Shown here piece by piece: positions 55,764 through 64,000 of a stretch of 64,000 nucleotides of DNA (position 1 is its first letter; every line of letters starts with the position of its first letter). The notes below the pieces were generated by a model, which saw only the letters and a program-made list of their open reading frames with translations, was not told where the DNA came from and ran no database searches. Source of the DNA: the human T2T-CHM13v2.0 reference genome, Homo sapiens. The stretch lies in NCBI RefSeq assembly GCF_009914755.1, contig NC_060925.1. The stretch is one strand, 5' to 3'. The translations under genes and the position numbers were made by a program.

Positions 55764-56452
55764 TCACTTAGAAAGGGTATATATGTCTAGAAATTCAATA
55801 CCAGAATTCTTTAGCTTCATAGGAATTTCTCTGTGACATAAGAACAAAATAAATATTTTTATGTCTTCTTTTGTTTCTCGGTTGCCAATTATCCATAAAC
55901 GTTTTGGCTAATACGCGTTGAATGCGAAAGTATGCCTATATAATGAAGAGGGAATTTTTCAGAGGAAGCTAGTGAGTTTTCCAGAGGTTAGGAGACAATG
56001 GCTTTTATGTTTCATTTGTAGCAGGGAGGAACTTAAGTGACCTAGAATTTTTTACCTTTAAATTTTTTCCAGTGTAGAAACAAACTTGTAGTGCATTCTG
56101 TATTGCTTGGGGAGAGGAATATTTCACTTTTTCTCTGTTGTATAAACACTTTAAGTTCTGCATTGGTGATAAAATGAATAATGGTGGTACAAATGGAAAG
56201 CTATATAACTAATTGTTTGTCATACACATAATCATCACTGCAAAATGAGCTCTGGGAATTCCATTCTAGTGACCAGGAAATCTCTGGTATGAGCAAGGAC
56301 TTTTTATAATGTTACCAAGTATGTTGGGAATTGAAATATTTATATAGATTGTGTAGTTTTTAGAACTTAGAGTGCGTTAGAGAAGAGTTAATTCTCTATT
56401 TAAGATATTTGGTACTGTAGATAGACTATTTAAAATCTGATTTGTTCCATTA

Positions 56453-56566
56453 GGTTCTCCCTTTAAGTTCCTGATTTAATTCAGTTAACTGGTTCTCCCT
56501 TTAAGTTCCTGATTTAATTCAGTTAACTGGTTCTCCCTTTAAGTTCCTGATTTAATTCAGTTAACT
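56453..56566. repeat. Perfect 3 x 38-bp tandem repeat
   Basis: GGTTCTCCCTTTAAGTTCCTGATTTAATTCAGTTAACT at 56453, 56491 and 56529. Confidence 0.97.
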
Positions 56567-56654
56567 GAGAAATGTAATTTTAATTTCTTATTTATTTCAC
56601 TCCTTCAGTAAACATTTATTGACTGTCAGCTGTGAGAGTCTTCATGCTAAAGCA

Positions 56655-56850
56655 AGTGTCTGCACCACGGGATTACTGATATTATGGGCTGAATCATTCT
56701 TGCTTATGGGGCGCGGTGGTCGGGGGAGGCTGTTGAGCAGCATCCTTGATGCCAGTAACATTATCCCCCTACCCCACTGTGACAACCAAAAATGTCTCCA
56801 GACAGTGTCATATGTTCCCTGGGGAGCAAAATCATCACCCCAGTCCAGAA
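56655..56850 (+). mobile_element. hAT MITE (MER20-like) within an L2 remnant
   Basis: gtgacaaccaaaaatgtctccagaca...gggagcaaaatc motif. Confidence 0.75.
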
Positions 56851-57495
56851 GCATTGGTGATAATGGGAAGGAGCAGATGAGAGTTGGAGGTGGGGGTGGG
56901 AAGGAGGCAAGAGAAGTGGCACTTGGGGTGGGACACATGAATGCATTTAAGAGACATTACGAAAAAAGAATAGAGAAGTCTTCGTGACTGGTAAATTATA
57001 GGGACTGGGGAAGAGGAAGGAGTAAGCAACAACACTGGTTTGGGAAACTGGAGGGATTGTAGCGCTCTTACTCAAAGAAAAAACAAAAGAAGAACAGATA
57101 TGAAAGAAAATATGAGTTCAGTTGCAGAGACATTGGATTTGACTGGAGGCATGGTGTTCTCTAGGAAGTAGGTTCAGGAGTCGAGTGTGTTGGAGTGAAG
57201 TCAGGACTGAGAGGTGGATTTTGGAGGGCAAAAGATTAGTAATTGACACTAGGGCAAAAAAGTGTCATTCACCTGCTAGAGAAATGGATGAGTTGGATAA
57301 TTAAGATGCAAACTAATTGTTCTATTAGAGATTCTAAAGCATTCCACCAAGGTTAAGCAGAAATAAAAACTAACAAAACAGAGCAAAACACCAAGTATCA
57401 GAAACATTTCAGTGTATCTTATAGTCAATTAAGAGGGTAAATGAGGAGGAAGAGAGCTGGAAGAAGAGAGAAAAGGAAATGAAATGGAATTCTGA

Positions 57496-58553
<1,058 letters not shown>

Positions 58554-60910
58554 GAGAAAGTTTCAAACATACAGTAAAGTTGAAGGCAGCTCCCAGTGAA
58601 CACCCATATATCTACCATGTAAATTATATAATTAACATTTTATTATATTTGTTTTATCACATATCTGTCCATGCATCTGTTAAAGTATCTTATTTTTTGA
58701 TGCAGTTTAGAATAAGTTGCCAAAATCAGTACACTTAAGCCAACTACATCAGCATACATATTCTCAGCTAGAGTTCAATATTTGTTTAGAGTTTTCTAAC
58801 CTACTTTTACTAATTGAATTTTTAAAGCCCATATCCAATTTCCTTTGTGGGAAAATGGGTGGTACTTTATTTTATAAAAATAGTTTTTGTGACCATTTTG
58901 GAATGCTAACACTGAAGACTTTTATTGATAATTACACTAGAATTACTCTAGATACATCAATATAGAGGCTGGTCACTTTTGCTGTTTCTCGTCTGTGTCT
59001 TGCTACCAGGATGTGGCCAGGCGTGAGGTAATATCTCTAATTATCTGTTAAATCTAGTTTTGCAACCACAGATATGATATTCTTACCTGATCAAATGGAA
59101 TTAAGGTTAGGCCATGTTTCAGGCATCCTTAGGAATACTAAATAGCTATTAAATAACAAGAACCCTTTGGCAAAGCTTTGTAGTTTGCCTTTATGATATC
59201 CTTACCGGTCCCCCAAGAGTAAACTATGCAGTGTTTTATGTTATAAAAAAATTGTGGTCTAAATTTGCAGGTTCCAGTATTCTTTCTGCTGCTATGTGAT
59301 CTTGGACAAATCTCTTAGCCTCTCTGAGCCTGAGCTCATGCTTTAATTATCCTTGAGTTAAGAGCACCTATGTGTATTTGATACCCACACTTGTGAATTT
59401 CAAATGAGCCTTTGCATGCAATAGAGATTTGTCAGCTGTGACCTGCTGCACAACTGTCACTGTGAAAAAAAATCATCAATTCTTTCCCTCCCTCCTTCTT
59501 TCCCTTCTTTTGTCTTCTGAACGTCTAGAATATAGCACAGAAGAAAACAATAAGGAAATCAGTAGTTCAGAATCAAAGACGTTCTGCTAAAGAAAGAGCA
59601 AAAATCAAGATTCAAAGTACCTCAGCACTCAAAGAAGCAGAAAATTCTAATAGCTGCAGGCAAATTGTGCCCTCTGAGGAGCCTAGATTCTAGAAAAAAG
59701 GAGAGAGCAGTCTTGTGAAAGAGGTGAAACAAAGGCTTTTCATGTACTCCGGAATTGCTTGGAGACTGGGATATAACCCTGGCAAAGTTATTAAAGTTGA
59801 TTTCTCTAAAGCATTTACTCGAAAGGGCCACCTAAGGATAACTGGCTAACTGCCCTTAAATTACATTTATTTTTAAAAACATAGTTTGAAAAAGGTTAGT
59901 AACCAAAGACTTACAAGACCAACCTTTTTTAAAAAAGAATTTTAAAGGCTGGTTCATAATATGCAAAGGAAGACTACACATTTGCTTGCTACATTTAAGT
60001 TGCACAGTATAATATATAGCTTTTCTCCCTCCTCTGGGTTATTTTGAAAATATTAATAAGTTGGATGTCTATTCCATATTTTCAAAGTGGTTATCAATGA
60101 CTTTTACTTAAATACTTGTAAAACTTATTAATGCCACTTTAATCTCAGTTTACTGCTTAAAGCTTTAGATATCCATATTTTTTTAAAAAAACTATTCTTA
60201 AAAAATAGGTAACTAAATTTAATAAATAATGAAAACAATGACAAAATATTCAATGAGGAAAAATGTTTATCCCCATATTGTGGCCAGAACGTTAAGAAAC
60301 TTTTACAGGACGAAGTCTGCCTGGAAGGGTTTGCTTGGGAAAGTGGTAGTTTATAGCATAACATCTGATTTTGTGTGTTTGTGCCAAGGGTGTTTCCTTT
60401 CTGTCTTTTTCCTTTTTATAGGCAGCCACAATAGTGACATGTTTAATATTGATGAGTTTGACCTCCTGGGAGTTATCGTATATGCACCCTTTTTGAATAC
60501 AAATGCTGTTTAATTTATATGGTAAACACATAGAATTTGGAGACTAGCATTTTAATCAACACTAATCTCAGTATTTTCTACTTCTCCTACCTCTCCTTCT
60601 GTCAACAACAACAAAAAAATCACAAACCAATTTTATAAATGACAGCTAATGTCCTCTCCTGGAGAAGCAGGGTCTGTGTGTGAAACATAAAAGCAGCACC
60701 ATGTGTAGTAACCTCTCCTAAACCATATGCTCAAGCACATTAACAGTGTTCAATTAGATGATCAATTATTCAAGAAACAGAACAATCCATTCATTCAACA
60801 AATATTTATTGAACAGCCATGCAGAGGCAGACAGGGGGTTGTGTATGTGGCCGTGACCCGATGGCACCTCTAAACTGGAATTGGGCTTCAGTTTTTCCCC
60901 GTGTAAAAAT

Positions 60911-60944
60911 TTCTTCTTTTTTATTTAACTTTTCTCTTGGCAGG
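60911..60944 (+). other. Candidate 3' splice acceptor (branch-point-like TTTAAC, polypyrimidine tract, CAG|G)
   Basis: ttcttcttttttatttaacttttctcttggcag|gtcc; AG at 60942-60943. Confidence 0.55.
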
Positions 60945-60983
60945 TCCAGCAGCTTTGAAGATCAGAGTGCATCTTCCAGCTGA

Positions 60984-64000
<3,017 letters not shown>

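Noticed and set aside
56453-56566. 38-bp direct repeats as a CRISPR-like array
   Set aside because: No spacers, no cas genes, eukaryotic context; it is a simple tandem triplication.

Overview
Primate, almost certainly human, genomic DNA. About 61 kb of repeat-dense upstream sequence (Alu, L1/L2/MIR remnants, many ERV1 and MaLR LTRs, a full THE1A provirus, a near full-length HSMAR2 mariner) is followed by the CpG island, 5' leader and large first coding exon of FMN2 (formin-2, + strand; canonical ATG 61434, donor after 63045) and the start of intron 1. FMN2 is the only protein-coding gene I can support; the other ORFs are repeat-derived or shadow ORFs. The most interesting structure is a textbook 3' splice acceptor at 60943, directly upstream of the CpG island. 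Its first downstream AUG (61005) is in frame with FMN2 and adds 143 aa. Several sense-oriented LTR promoters with intact splice donors lie upstream (THE1A LTRs with DUX4 and kB motifs, a solo LTR2), suggesting a possible LTR-driven, N-terminally extended FMN2 isoform. Also notable: MER41B copies with intact tandem GAS motifs (one with a deletion-created kB site), a perfect 3x38-bp repeat carrying palindromic MYB sites, a uORF stack, and an 8-Gly allele. Repeat subfamily names come from recalled consensus sequences, not from a RepeatMasker run.
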